Positions 36,701 through 45,278 of a stretch of DNA of 64,000 bases are shown piece after piece. How positions within the stretch are numbered: the stretch's first letter is position 1; each line of letters opens with the position of its first letter. The position numbers and the translations under genes were made by a program. The notes under the pieces are model-generated. The model was not told the DNA's origin. It did not search any database and saw only the letters and a program-made list of their open reading frames with translations. This DNA comes from Eledone cirrhosa (Eukaryota), in contig OZ024749.1 in the NCBI GenBank assembly GCA_964016885.1, positions 42,222,001-42,286,000 of the forward strand. Reading direction: 5' to 3'.

Positions 36701-38788
36701 GTGTATCTTAGACTACATTATCTAATATATTCTTGGTTTGAGACACAGTAATATAAACACACACAATATTTAGCAGCTAGCCATGGCAACTGTGTTCTTG
36801 AGCAAGACACTTTATTTCACAGATTTTCATGAAAGAATTGGGGACCCCTATCATTAAAACCTATTCTGAGATACGGCTTTGTAAGAGGCCAGCTAAACTT
36901 GCATAGGGGTGAGCTGTAAATTATATTTATTTCATTTTTGTCCTCAATACTTCAACCCTAACAATCCATGTCTTATTCTTAGATATTAGGGCCCTAACCA
37001 TCTTCATGCGACATATTTGAACCTTAACAATACCTGTCATCCATACTTAAACCCTAACAATCCATATTTATCAGTGTTATGCCTTAATAATCAGTGATTG
37101 TTTGAGCCCTAACAATCACTGTCACCAATACTTCAGTATTAACAATACATCTACCAGTGTTCCATACCACAGTCTGCAATATTTCATTGTTAGCAATCCA
37201 TGCCTCTGTTATATTTGATCCTTAATCCCTGCCATCAATACTTCATCATTAACAATCCATACCTCACTATATATACCACTGTTCCATACCCTAACAATCT
37301 ATGTCTCAGTGTTTATATTTATTCTGTCTGCAGAAAATCTCCCAACAACTTCGTGGTATCTTTGACTTAATTATAAAGTTCCAAGTCCAATTAGAAAAGA
37401 TGTACAAATTAATTAATGAGGAGAAACTAAGACGAGAGGAGTTTCAATCTCTTAAAAAGAGGAAAGTTCACAAGGTAAATATCAACATCATCATCATCAT
37501 TTGGATACCTTTCCTGACACCAACCCTTTTGGTTGCTTCTTACAACATGCAAGGATATGGTGTATCTAAACCAGATACACATATAAATCATACAGTCTGT
37601 CTGTCTGTCCACTGCTGCTGCTGATATCATGGGGTATTACTGTTGTTTATATATGTATATATATAATGTTATCATCGTTTTAACATCCACTTTCCCTGCT
37701 AGCAAGGGTTGGATGGGTCTACATAGACCAACTTAGTACTGAAGCAGGGCTACTGATCTCCCTGACAGGTCAGAAATCTGATTCTCACTTATGTACGGTC
37801 TCCCATTCTACCTAGTGCACAGGAGAGATCATGTTTTTTACACAACAGAAGGGTCCTCCCAACTCTTTGTTTGGCAAGCTATCTATGGCTGGATACCCTT
37901 CCTATCACCCACCACTCTACAGCATGTATTGGGTGTGTTTATCATGTAGGTCGCCAAAACTAGTTTTCTTTTCTTTTTTTCTTGTTTCTGACTCTTTACC
38001 TGTTATACCAGTAACATATTGAGGTCCATTTGTTTTACCAGGGTCAGTGGGGTTTGACATCAGCTGAAGAATCTCATGATGCTCAACAGAGACAGATTTT
38101 CCAGAGTAATGTACACACCTATACAACAGAATTCAACATACTTGGCAGCACTTATGAGGTAGGTTGGCTAGGTCTGTTGCACACCCTCTCGTTGAAATGG
38201 GATTGTTGGAGAGGCTGGCATAGTATATTGGTGGCGTTTCTCCGGTCTGCTCTGTATGTTGTATAGGCTCTAGTAGTTTGTGGTGTGGTGGGTCTGTAGT
38301 ATAGTATGCAATACAGTGTAAAGTGTAGTGTATGAAATAGTATCGTATGTGTGTAATACAGTGTATGATGTAGTATGGTATAGTATGTTTGTATCAGTGT
38401 AGTACAATGTATGATGTAGTATGGTATAGTATGTTTGTATCAGTGTAGTACAATGTATGATGTAGTATGGTATAGTATGTTTGTATCAGTGTAGTACAAT
38501 ATATGATATAGTAAGTGTGTCGTACAGTGTATGTAGTGTGATATAGTATAATAGTATTTGTGTTCTGAAGTTGTTCCAGTATGTTTGCGGCAGGAATTAA
38601 TCTCTTGTTTGTTTCGTTTTCAGTCGATGGTGCATAGGTTCCTGGATTTGTTAGACATCAGTAAATTTGATGTGGACCACAAGTTACAGTATCTCTGCTA
38701 CAGATTGGACTTCAATGAACATTACAAGAGCCTTGGCTCAATGAAAGGCATGTATGGTCATCACATCAGTGGCATTGAGACATATTAA
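18449..38788 (+). CDS. TUBGCP3: Gamma-tubulin complex component 3 (GCP3/Spc98), spliced gene span; 26 coding exons, 901 aa
   Basis: Exons: 18449-18527, 20433-20478, 21695-21756, 23704-23771, 24248-24325, 25424-25611, 26407-26486, 27046-27150, 27578-27696, 28102-28227, 28689-28757, 29004-29130, 30251-30345, 31210-31284, 32029-32136, 32388-32490, 32920-33047, 33530-33594, 34032-34167, 34539-34607, 34776-34911, 35455-35543, 36450-36581, 37334-37474, 38042-38158, 38624-38788. All introns are GT-AG, phases are consistent and the sum is 2706 nt. GCP3 motifs include [71 protein letters not shown] and RLDFNEHYK. Confidence 0.96.
19219..19436 (-). mobile_element. (TA)n-adjacent element carrying the hammerhead and a 34-bp inverted repeat; deleted copy at 1089-1204
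   Basis: 19219-19307 is nearly identical to 1089-1169; inverted arms at 19288-19321 and 19403-19436. Confidence 0.75.
19312..19384 (-). ncRNA. Type I hammerhead ribozyme motif (Penelope-like/retrozyme type) in TUBGCP3 intron 1, antisense
   Basis: Minus strand reads TTTCATT-CTGACGA-ccaaAGGCAGACG..CGTCTGCCTgcgt-GAAAC-cttta-GTA-AATGAAA. Core boxes are intact and stem I is a perfect 7 bp; the base of stem II is mismatched. Confidence 0.72.
20433..20478 (+). CDS. TUBGCP3: TUBGCP3 exon 2 ([15 protein letters not shown])
   Basis: Polypyrimidine tract plus CAG, GTAAGT donor; resembles FQYAVRVI. Confidence 0.85.
21695..21756 (+). CDS. TUBGCP3: TUBGCP3 exon 3 ([20 protein letters not shown])
   Basis: CAG/GTAAGT; resembles DEFLVAEKIKK. 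Confidence 0.87.
21940..22233 (+). mobile_element. RTE-like LINE 3' fragment with (GAT)n tail
   Basis: Translates [12 protein letters not shown]...[16 protein letters not shown]...ADRNTW, a decayed WYGHV/RGRPK motif. Confidence 0.7.
22282..22477 (+). mobile_element. Asymmetric copy of the 7064-7342 fold-back family
   Basis: Shares GACCCCGACGGCTGAG, GTCGAAAC..GAGCTCAGCCGT and GTATTGAGTACTCTGGTGCGTTATGGTCCA; TA flanks. Confidence 0.75.
23374..23539 (+). mobile_element. Deu/Nin-domain SINE copy
   Basis: B-box and tail GGCCTTGTGCCAAAAGTAGAAACAATTAT. Confidence 0.8.
23704..23771 (+). CDS. TUBGCP3: TUBGCP3 exon 4 ([22 protein letters not shown])
   Basis: CAG/GTAAGT; resembles RREADAALFSELHRKL. 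Confidence 0.87.
23996..24218 (+). mobile_element. Deu/Nin-domain SINE copy (longer subfamily)
   Basis: Adds a GGGGTCGATTTAATCGACT hairpin segment. Confidence 0.85.
24248..24325 (+). CDS. TUBGCP3: TUBGCP3 exon 5 ([18 protein letters not shown]...)
   Basis: CAG/GTAATG, 78 nt, phase 0; resembles VLKNKWSILYLLLSLSE. Confidence 0.85.
24540..24806 (-). mobile_element. tRNA-derived SINE of a different family (CORE/Meta-like TGTGTTCTTGAGCAAAACACTT domain)
   Basis: Minus strand has an A-box (TGGCCTGGTGGTAA), a B-box (GGTTTGATTCC) and a CTCAGCTGTAAA..GTACCAG segment. Confidence 0.65.
25424..25611 (+). CDS. TUBGCP3: TUBGCP3 exon 6 (Ser-rich linker, STP...SSGFSS)
   Basis: CAG/GTAAAA, open frame, phase 0 to 2. 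Confidence 0.8.
26407..26486 (+). CDS. TUBGCP3: TUBGCP3 exon 7 (linker)
   Basis: TAG/GTAAGT; phase 2 to 1 bridges exons 6 and 8; sequence poorly conserved. Confidence 0.7.
26775..26975. mobile_element. Mariner-type MITE with TA target-site duplication
   Basis: TA-CGAGGGTC..GAAAAGTTCATA ... TATGAACTCTTCAG..ACCCTTG-TA. Confidence 0.8.
27046..27150 (+). CDS. TUBGCP3: TUBGCP3 exon 8 (linker)
   Basis: CAG/GTAAGT, open frame, symmetrical phase 1. Confidence 0.72.
27578..27696 (+). CDS. TUBGCP3: TUBGCP3 exon 9 ([21 protein letters not shown])
   Basis: Start of GRIP1 domain; CAG/GTAGTT. Confidence 0.95.
28102..28227 (+). CDS. TUBGCP3: TUBGCP3 exon 10 ([11 protein letters not shown]...GLIEQ)
   Basis: Conserved motif; CAG/GTAAGC. 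Confidence 0.95.
28689..28757 (+). CDS. TUBGCP3: TUBGCP3 exon 11 ([23 protein letters not shown])
   Basis: Conserved motif; TAG/GTAACT. Confidence 0.95.
29004..29130 (+). CDS. TUBGCP3: TUBGCP3 exon 12 ([13 protein letters not shown]...LAALVDVC)
   Basis: Conserved motif; CAG/GTAAGT. Confidence 0.95.
29627..29851 (+). mobile_element. Deu/Nin-domain SINE with duplicated head, nested in a DNA transposon
   Basis: ATTGGCAGTATCGGTAGAGGGTCGGACGCCATGCT occurs twice. Confidence 0.85.
30251..30345 (+). CDS. TUBGCP3: TUBGCP3 exon 13 (KRGGALAS...GNPYV)
   Basis: Conserved motif; CAG/GTAACA. Confidence 0.95.
30708..30897 (+). mobile_element. Full-length Deu/Nin-domain SINE with 26-bp TSD
   Basis: ATTATTTACTATTTCAAGCCTAGAAC at 30682-30707 and 30894-30919. 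Confidence 0.9.
31210..31284 (+). CDS. TUBGCP3: TUBGCP3 exon 14 ([17 protein letters not shown])
   Basis: Conserved motif; TAG/GTAAGA. Confidence 0.95.
31303..31698. repeat. GTT-rich minisatellite (GTGGTTGTTGTTGATACTGATGTT)
   Basis: Tandem units of 21-30 bp. Confidence 0.9.
32029..32136 (+). CDS. TUBGCP3: TUBGCP3 exon 15 (FFVA...[13 protein letters not shown])
   Basis: Conserved motif; CAG/GTCAGT. Confidence 0.95.
32388..32490 (+). CDS. TUBGCP3: TUBGCP3 exon 16 ([15 protein letters not shown])
   Basis: Conserved motif; CAG/GTGAAA. Confidence 0.93.
32920..33047 (+). CDS. TUBGCP3: TUBGCP3 exon 17 ([18 protein letters not shown]...MDHLK)
   Basis: Conserved motif; TAG/GTAATG. Confidence 0.93.
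33113..33435. repeat. Minisatellite CACAATACTCTACA(TA)n
   Basis: About 11 units of 26-36 bp. Confidence 0.9.
33530..33594 (+). CDS. TUBGCP3: TUBGCP3 exon 18 ([18 protein letters not shown])
   Basis: Start of GRIP2 domain; TAG/GTAAGT. Confidence 0.96.
33843..33960 (-). mobile_element. Deu/Nin-domain SINE 3' part
   Basis: Reverse complement of the core and tail. Confidence 0.78.
34032..34167 (+). CDS. TUBGCP3: TUBGCP3 exon 19 ([19 protein letters not shown])
   Basis: Conserved motif; TAG/GTTTGT. Confidence 0.96.
34539..34607 (+). CDS. TUBGCP3: TUBGCP3 exon 20 ([19 protein letters not shown])
   Basis: Conserved motif; CAG/GTAAGT. Confidence 0.96.
34776..34911 (+). CDS. TUBGCP3: TUBGCP3 exon 21 ([18 protein letters not shown])
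   Basis: Conserved motif; CAG/GTGAGT. Confidence 0.96.
35455..35543 (+). CDS. TUBGCP3: TUBGCP3 exon 22 ([15 protein letters not shown])
   Basis: Conserved motif; CAG/GTAAAG. Confidence 0.96.
35715..36440. repeat. Compound CTGT/CTAT minisatellite (about 40-bp unit) in TUBGCP3 intron 22
   Basis: Recurrent ATCTACCTGTCTGTCTGTATATCTCTTCTRTCAGTGTGTAT. Confidence 0.9.
36450..36581 (+). CDS. TUBGCP3: TUBGCP3 exon 23 (VLECSWD...DLNDIIKAH)
   Basis: Conserved motif; CAG/GTAAGT. Confidence 0.96.
37334..37474 (+). CDS. TUBGCP3: TUBGCP3 exon 24 ([14 protein letters not shown])
   Basis: Conserved motif; CAG/GTAAAT. Confidence 0.93.
38042..38158 (+). CDS. TUBGCP3: TUBGCP3 exon 25 ([10 protein letters not shown])
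   Basis: Conserved motif; CAG/GTAGGT. Confidence 0.93.
38624..38788 (+). CDS. TUBGCP3: TUBGCP3 exon 26 ([15 protein letters not shown]...ETY*)
   Basis: Conserved RLDFNEHY; TAA at 38786-38788. Confidence 0.95.
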   Translation, partial: SMVHRFLDLLDISKFDVDHKLQYLCYRLDFNEHYKSLGSMKGMYGHHISGIETY

Positions 38789-41700
38789 AGATTGGGGTTT
38801 AATACAAGACATGTAAAGCAAACAGATCATATATTAGGGTCTTTGGTCAATGGATGACAACTAGGGTCAGTAGCACTAACATCATATATTAACCAGAGTC
38901 CAATGGAAGACAGAGAAAGACAACAGATGTGTAACCAACACTTCAGTGGCAGTAACATCATATATTAAAGAACTGTGGTCAATAAAAGATATGTTTAACC
39001 AACCCATTAGTGACACTGAGACATATTAAAGATTTTGCTTTAAATACAAGACATGTAGAGCCAGCAGATCAGTGGCACTGACATCACATATTAGTGTTTG
39101 TACTCCTTCAAAGACGTGGTATTGAGACATATTAGAGCCTGGGATCAATGTAAAGACATGTTGAACCAAGAGATCTGTGGTATTGAGGTGATATATTAAC
39201 TGATGGAGAATAGGCAGACATACCATCAGGTCTTTCATTCAACTTTGTCACTTGAGGTAGAGTATGATCAAGCACAAATACACACACATTGTCCAACCCA
39301 TGCTAGCATGGAAATAAAATGATATATATATATATACACGTGTGTGTGTATATATATATATATGAATGATGGCTGTCCACTCGTTCAACAAAGACCATTG
39401 CTGACTATTAAAAAGTATCATGTTTTCAACTGATTCTTTATACACACCAGTTTACAGAAGTGTATTCCCATGTCTATCTAGTCCAGTCCAGTGTTTATAT
39501 CTACTCCTCTTCCATTAGCTTGCTAAACCTTTCCACATGAACAGCATATTACATAATCTGTTGTTGTGAATGTAGTCAAACATTTTGTCTGGCCTTATGA
39601 ATTCATTGTTGACTAATCAGAGCAGCCTTGTAGAGAAATAATTTTACTTTTTCGAGAAACATCTTCACCCTGCTGACATCATTTCTTTCGCAAGTTGACA
39701 CATTTTTCTATATAAACTGATATGAATATTACACATACAGGGTGTCCTCCAAAAATGTAAACATTTTTTGGGACAACCTATGTAATATGACTCCTTATTT
39801 ATTCAACATGAAATGATGTCAGAGCATCTTGTTCTACTTGTTACAATTTATCCCCTAACATGACAGGAATGCCTTACAAAATGCTGATACACTCGGTTCA
39901 AATGTGGACTGAAGTTCTGTGATTTCTGCTCTAGTAAATTAATTGAAATTGTCACATTTTTGGTGACAACATACACACACACACAACCACTATTTGTTTA
40001 TGTCTATATACTCATATAAGTTGCTCCTGAATTTTACATACATTTACAATGTATCACATTTTGAATTGAGGTTTTGTAGGTTTAATAGACCTAAATCTCG
40101 TCATATTTTCGTTGGAAAAGGTGCGACTTTACCTGACTTAATACTGTGTATGTATACATACCTCAATAGCATTCTAATATATATATATATATATATGTGT
40201 TGGCTTGATTGCAGACATGTGCAACCATGTCGACAGATGGAGAATGAAACATCAAATTTAAAATATATTTGTCAGACATGCTTCACAGCATAGTTAGTTC
40301 AAATCCTGCCATGGTTAGCTGTGCATTTCATCCTTAAGGGGTCGATTTAATCGACTTTTCCCTGTGCCTAAAATAGAAATCATTCAGCTACAATACTTGG
40401 GTTTAACTGTCAACATTTATACTCATCTGAAGAACCTGTAATTTAGCTCAAAAGGTAAATTATTTGGATGCCCTTCCTGTTTCTTACAACATGCAGGGAT
40501 ATGGTGTAGCTAAACCAGATACATATATAAATCATACGGTATTACTGTGGTTTATATATATATATATACAGTAACATCTGCTTTCCCTGCTAGCAAGGGT
40601 TGGATGGGTCTACATAGACCAAGTCAGTACTGAAGCAAGGTTGCAGAATGTATAAGTACCACAACATCTCATTTCTTTTGAAGGATGTGTTTATATTTCT
40701 CTAAACCCCTTCCACCATAATTTTTACTAAATCAGACAGTGTCTTTCATTAGAAATATTGTATGTAACAAAAAGGGTTAAAAAAATGCCTGCATTATCTA
40801 ATAAAAACAAATGTCGTTTGTTGTTTTTATATGAAATTACTTTTGTGTTTCTCTTTAAATAGATTATTATGCCTGGAGGTAAGAGTAGTGGGAAAATATT
40901 TAGCATGGGTTGAAGTGACCTATGTTGTTTATTACATTCCATATCAGACATGGTTTTGTGTTTTTTGTGACACCTGGACTATGTACATTTTATTGTAATA
41001 ATTCTAATACAATATAATCTTCCCTGTAAAGATGTGGGCATTGTGCTGCATAACAGTTGATTTCATGTTGCCTTCCGTGATAGAAAACGGGGTCCCTATT
41101 ATTGAAACTCCTGAGATACAACCTTAAAGGAAGTCAGCCAAACCTACATAGGTCTAGGCTGTAAATTTCATTTCCTGGTCGTGTTAACACTAGAGAGGTT
41201 ACTTTGCTCCTGTGTAGCAAGAAGAATCCTTTTCAAAATAAAAGTGAGGTGGAGTAGTAATGACCAAGAGGTTCTATAGGAGGAGGAGGGAGAGAAAGTA
41301 GTGGATGGAAGCTAATAATTTCATGAGATTATGAAGAGGGCAGCAAGAAAGTCTTGAAATAAAGAAATAATAGTAATTTGCCATTATCAAAGCACATTTT
41401 ATTTTTAAATTGTTTGGATTTCACATTAGGATAGCTTTACTACCTTAGACAACCACCGTTTCAAGACCTTGTTTTAGAATGTAAAACAAGGTGTAATATT
41501 TGGGTGGAAGCTAGAAAAACATCTAATCTTGGGTCAGCTGTTATCTACGTTCATAGAACCATTTGGTAATGTCACTTGGTTATATATGGCTATGTGTACA
41601 TACATTTGTTCCTAAATTAGAAACCATTATAAGTTGAGCCCAGCTATTTGTATGCATGTTATGTGTGTATGTATATATATATGAGGTATTAAATTGACTC

Positions 41701-42218
41701 CCTAAGGCTTTATGTTAGAGAAGCCCAGTAATAGACATTTCCATGGGTTAATGTTGGTGACCCAGTCACATTCAATATTTACTAAGGCTGCTCACTTAGC
41801 TATATAAAAGGAAAGTGACCTAATCATTAGATTAGGTGAGGGAAACAATATTTCCATTTCTGACACTATCTGCTGGTAGGAGGTTTGAACTCAGAACACA
41901 AAAATCCCATCCGTTTAATAAAGTTATTTTAACTAAATTTCCAGAAAATTATTGAGTATGAATTAAAATATTGGGGGTTATATGGCAGGAAATATAGACT
42001 AATACTCTTGTCTTCTACAAAATGAAGTTTATTTTAAAAGAAAAGAAAACCCAGGATATTTGGTCGATTAAAATCAATCAGTGAAGTCTAATGTAACAGC
42101 TGGATGGGATGGTGAGGAGCAGATAAATAAAGCAGCGGAGAATCAGCGGACTTAGTTGTAGATATAAATAAAACATTGGTTTAAGGCAGCAGAGAAACAG
42201 TAAATGAAGTTTTATACA

Positions 42219-42255
<37 letters not shown>

Positions 42256-44160
42256 TCATCGTTTAATGTCCATCTTCCATGCTAAACGATGATTATATAT
42301 ATATATATATATATAAAACAGCAGACCTAGTTAATAGATATAAATAAAGCAGTGGTGTAAGGCAGTGGACTTAGTTTAAACATCAATAAAACAGTGGTAT
42401 AAGGCAGTAGAGAAACAGTAGGCACAGTTGTAAATATATATATATACATGCAGCAGTAGACTCGGGTGTAAAGCAGTGGAACACAGACAACTGATCTAAA
42501 TATTGCTGCTATAGAACTGGTGCTACTGCTGCCAATACTGCAGTAATTGTTGCCAATACAGGTGCAGTAACTGTTGCCAATACAACTGGTACTACTACTA
42601 CTGAACCAGTACTTAATATAACAAATGCTGCACCAGTGCAACATCCTCACCTCGTATAACTACTGCACCACCAACAAAATATTGCCTGATAACAGCTACT
42701 GCACCAATGCACATAGTATAACAGTTAGTACTGCTCCAGCACAACAAATGGCAGGTGAAAGCAGTTCTAATATAATTGTGACCGAAACTTTGCTGAAAGA
42801 GAAAAAGCATGGTTGAGAGAGGGAAAGCTTACATTCAACAATGATATTTACCTACTGTCTCCACCAATATACAGAGAGGGCTTGACAGGAGCAAGGGGTT
42901 ATACTACAATAGCCCTTCTAATACCATCTCAGGTTCTATGAAACAAAACCACCCATTTTAAATCAAAATCTTCCAACATAATTATATAAAAGAACCATAT
43001 GTTAAGTTGCTATCTTAGTAATGAAATAATTAATTATTTTAGTAAATTTTTCAAAATTCTAGATTAATTAATTGAAACAATGTATTTCATTAGAAATACG
43101 GTCACAAAAGGGTTAATATACTTGAAACCCAAGATAGTTCTCTTTACATTCAGCTTTCATCAAACAACTTTACTCAGAAGACAAGGGTAGAGAGGGAAGG
43201 GCCAATAAGAGCAGGGAGGACATGTGCATGCAGTGAGTTGCAGTAACAACAAACAGCTCAAATGGTTCATTAATTCACTTGAAAATTTAAAAAAAAAAAA
43301 AAAACCCAAGTTGGTTCTCTTAAGATTTATCTCCACTTGAAAAGGTCCAAGAAAAAAAAAAAAAAATAGAAACTTTTATAATGGAAGCTAAATAGTTTTT
43401 ATCTTTTTTTTTTGTCTCCAAACCATTGAAATGTCTTTTAAGCTAATTTAACAGTCTCTTCTTTATATAAAGTGACCACATTTAAAACAAGGGTGTTTTT
43501 TTTTCCTGGCCGAAATGTATTTGTGAGCAAATACATTTATAATTTGTTATGTGTTTTACATACAATGCACATTTTTTAATTATTTTCTTTTTTTTTTTTA
43601 GCCAGTCACACACACACAGACACAGACACGCACACTTCCATCTCTTCCCATATATTCACACACATATTTTTTTCTCACCAAATATATATTATTATTATTA
43701 TTATTAAGGTTGGACACTTGTGTTTACTTTACAACAGGCTGGACCAATACTGGAACTTAGATCACCTACTACTCCTCCTCCGCCTCTTTCTTAACCAACC
43801 AGTTTTCACATTTTTAATAGATTTACAATAATCTAAAAGATTAGCTTGAGATCAGATAATTATAGCGATTCCTTCCTTCTAATCCATCTGTCGGAACTAT
43901 AGACAAACAGACAGACAGACAAACAGTAAAATCACCTTCATTTCTCTCATAGCTGCTGGTTGACATTTTATTTGGGGCTTTGGTTCTTTGTTTTTTTTTT
44001 AGGTGCTTTTTGTTATTATTATTATCATATTTAATGCTTTTTTGTTTGTAGTTTTGTATGTTTGTCCTGCATATCATCATCATCATCATTGTCGTCGTCA
44101 CATCGTCATTATCTCCAGCCTTCAAGCCACCTACTGTAAGCAGCGTGTCCTCACTTACTG

Positions 44161-44343
44161 TTAAGATGCTTCTACGGCCTTCAGTTCTTTGATTTGCTTT
44201 ATCAAGTAGGCTTTCTCATCGTTGAACTGTTCGTCTTCAGAACGGTCTGTGTGAAACTTGGTGAGGAAATCAACTAGCTTCTCCTTATTCCTGAGTAAGA
44301 TGTCAAGAATGGCTTTTGGTTTGTTGGGGTTAGCAACAAATAC
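44161..44343 (-). CDS. CAB39: CAB39 coding exon 7 (VFVANPNK...KELKAVEAS*)
   Basis: Conserved MO25 sequence; TAA at 44163-44161. Confidence 0.96.
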   Translation of the reverse strand, partial: VFVANPNKPKAILDILLRNKEKLVDFLTKFHTDRSEDEQFNDEKAYLIKQIKELKAVEAS

Positions 44344-45244
44344 CTGTTGGAACAGTGATAAAGACATGTAAATCATAGTTATAGTGGAGTCTAACAAGTT
44401 ACAGACAAATAGAGAGGTGAACAGCAACAAGAAGTATTTTTAATTTAGGCAGAGTGGAGGAGAAAAAGTTGATTAACCCTTTAACATTTAAATTACTCTA
44501 TATTTACTATTATATTTTCACCTCACAATATCAAATCAATGAGTGGCCAGTTACAGCTGGTTTAAAAAGAAAGAGGTGAGAGAATTCTGGCTGGATATAG
44601 CTGGTTTAAATCAACTCCAGTATTTAAAGGATACTTTATTGACCTCAGAAGGATGAAAGGCAAAGTTGACCTTGCCAGGTTTTGAATTCAGAATTTAAAG
44701 AGCCAGGACAAATACTGCAAAGCATTTTATCCAATGCTCTACTGATTCTGCCAAGCTCATGGATGTTATCCAACCATCTTGCTTGAGGTCTAACTTAGGT
44801 AGAAGGCCTGTTTAGAAAATATATTGCAGTCTCCATTTTATGCTGTAAAAACTGGGAAGGAGAGGGATGGACGCACAAAGATTGTGTATCCCAAGACCAC
44901 AAACAGAGTTTGGAAGGGAGCAGACCTTGACAATAATTCTTGATTATTTTTCAAATTATTTAAAAATCATAGGCAATGTCTTTAATTAGAAATATGGTAA
45001 TGAAAGGGTTAATATGTGATTAAGTAGAGAAAAATAACATACTTTGAAAACATGGAAAGCTTCAAACTGGATGTTACGGCTTTTCTCTCGCAGCATATTC
45101 ATCATGAGTTTTAGATTGTCAGGGTTTGTGATGTAGCGAGTCATTATGGTGAAGTTGTGTCGATCTAACAACAATTCACCCAGCAACTGGAAATATTATA
45201 CAGTATTTTAGTTGGAACACAACAACATCTAACAGTGGTTGACT

Positions 45245-45278
<34 letters not shown>

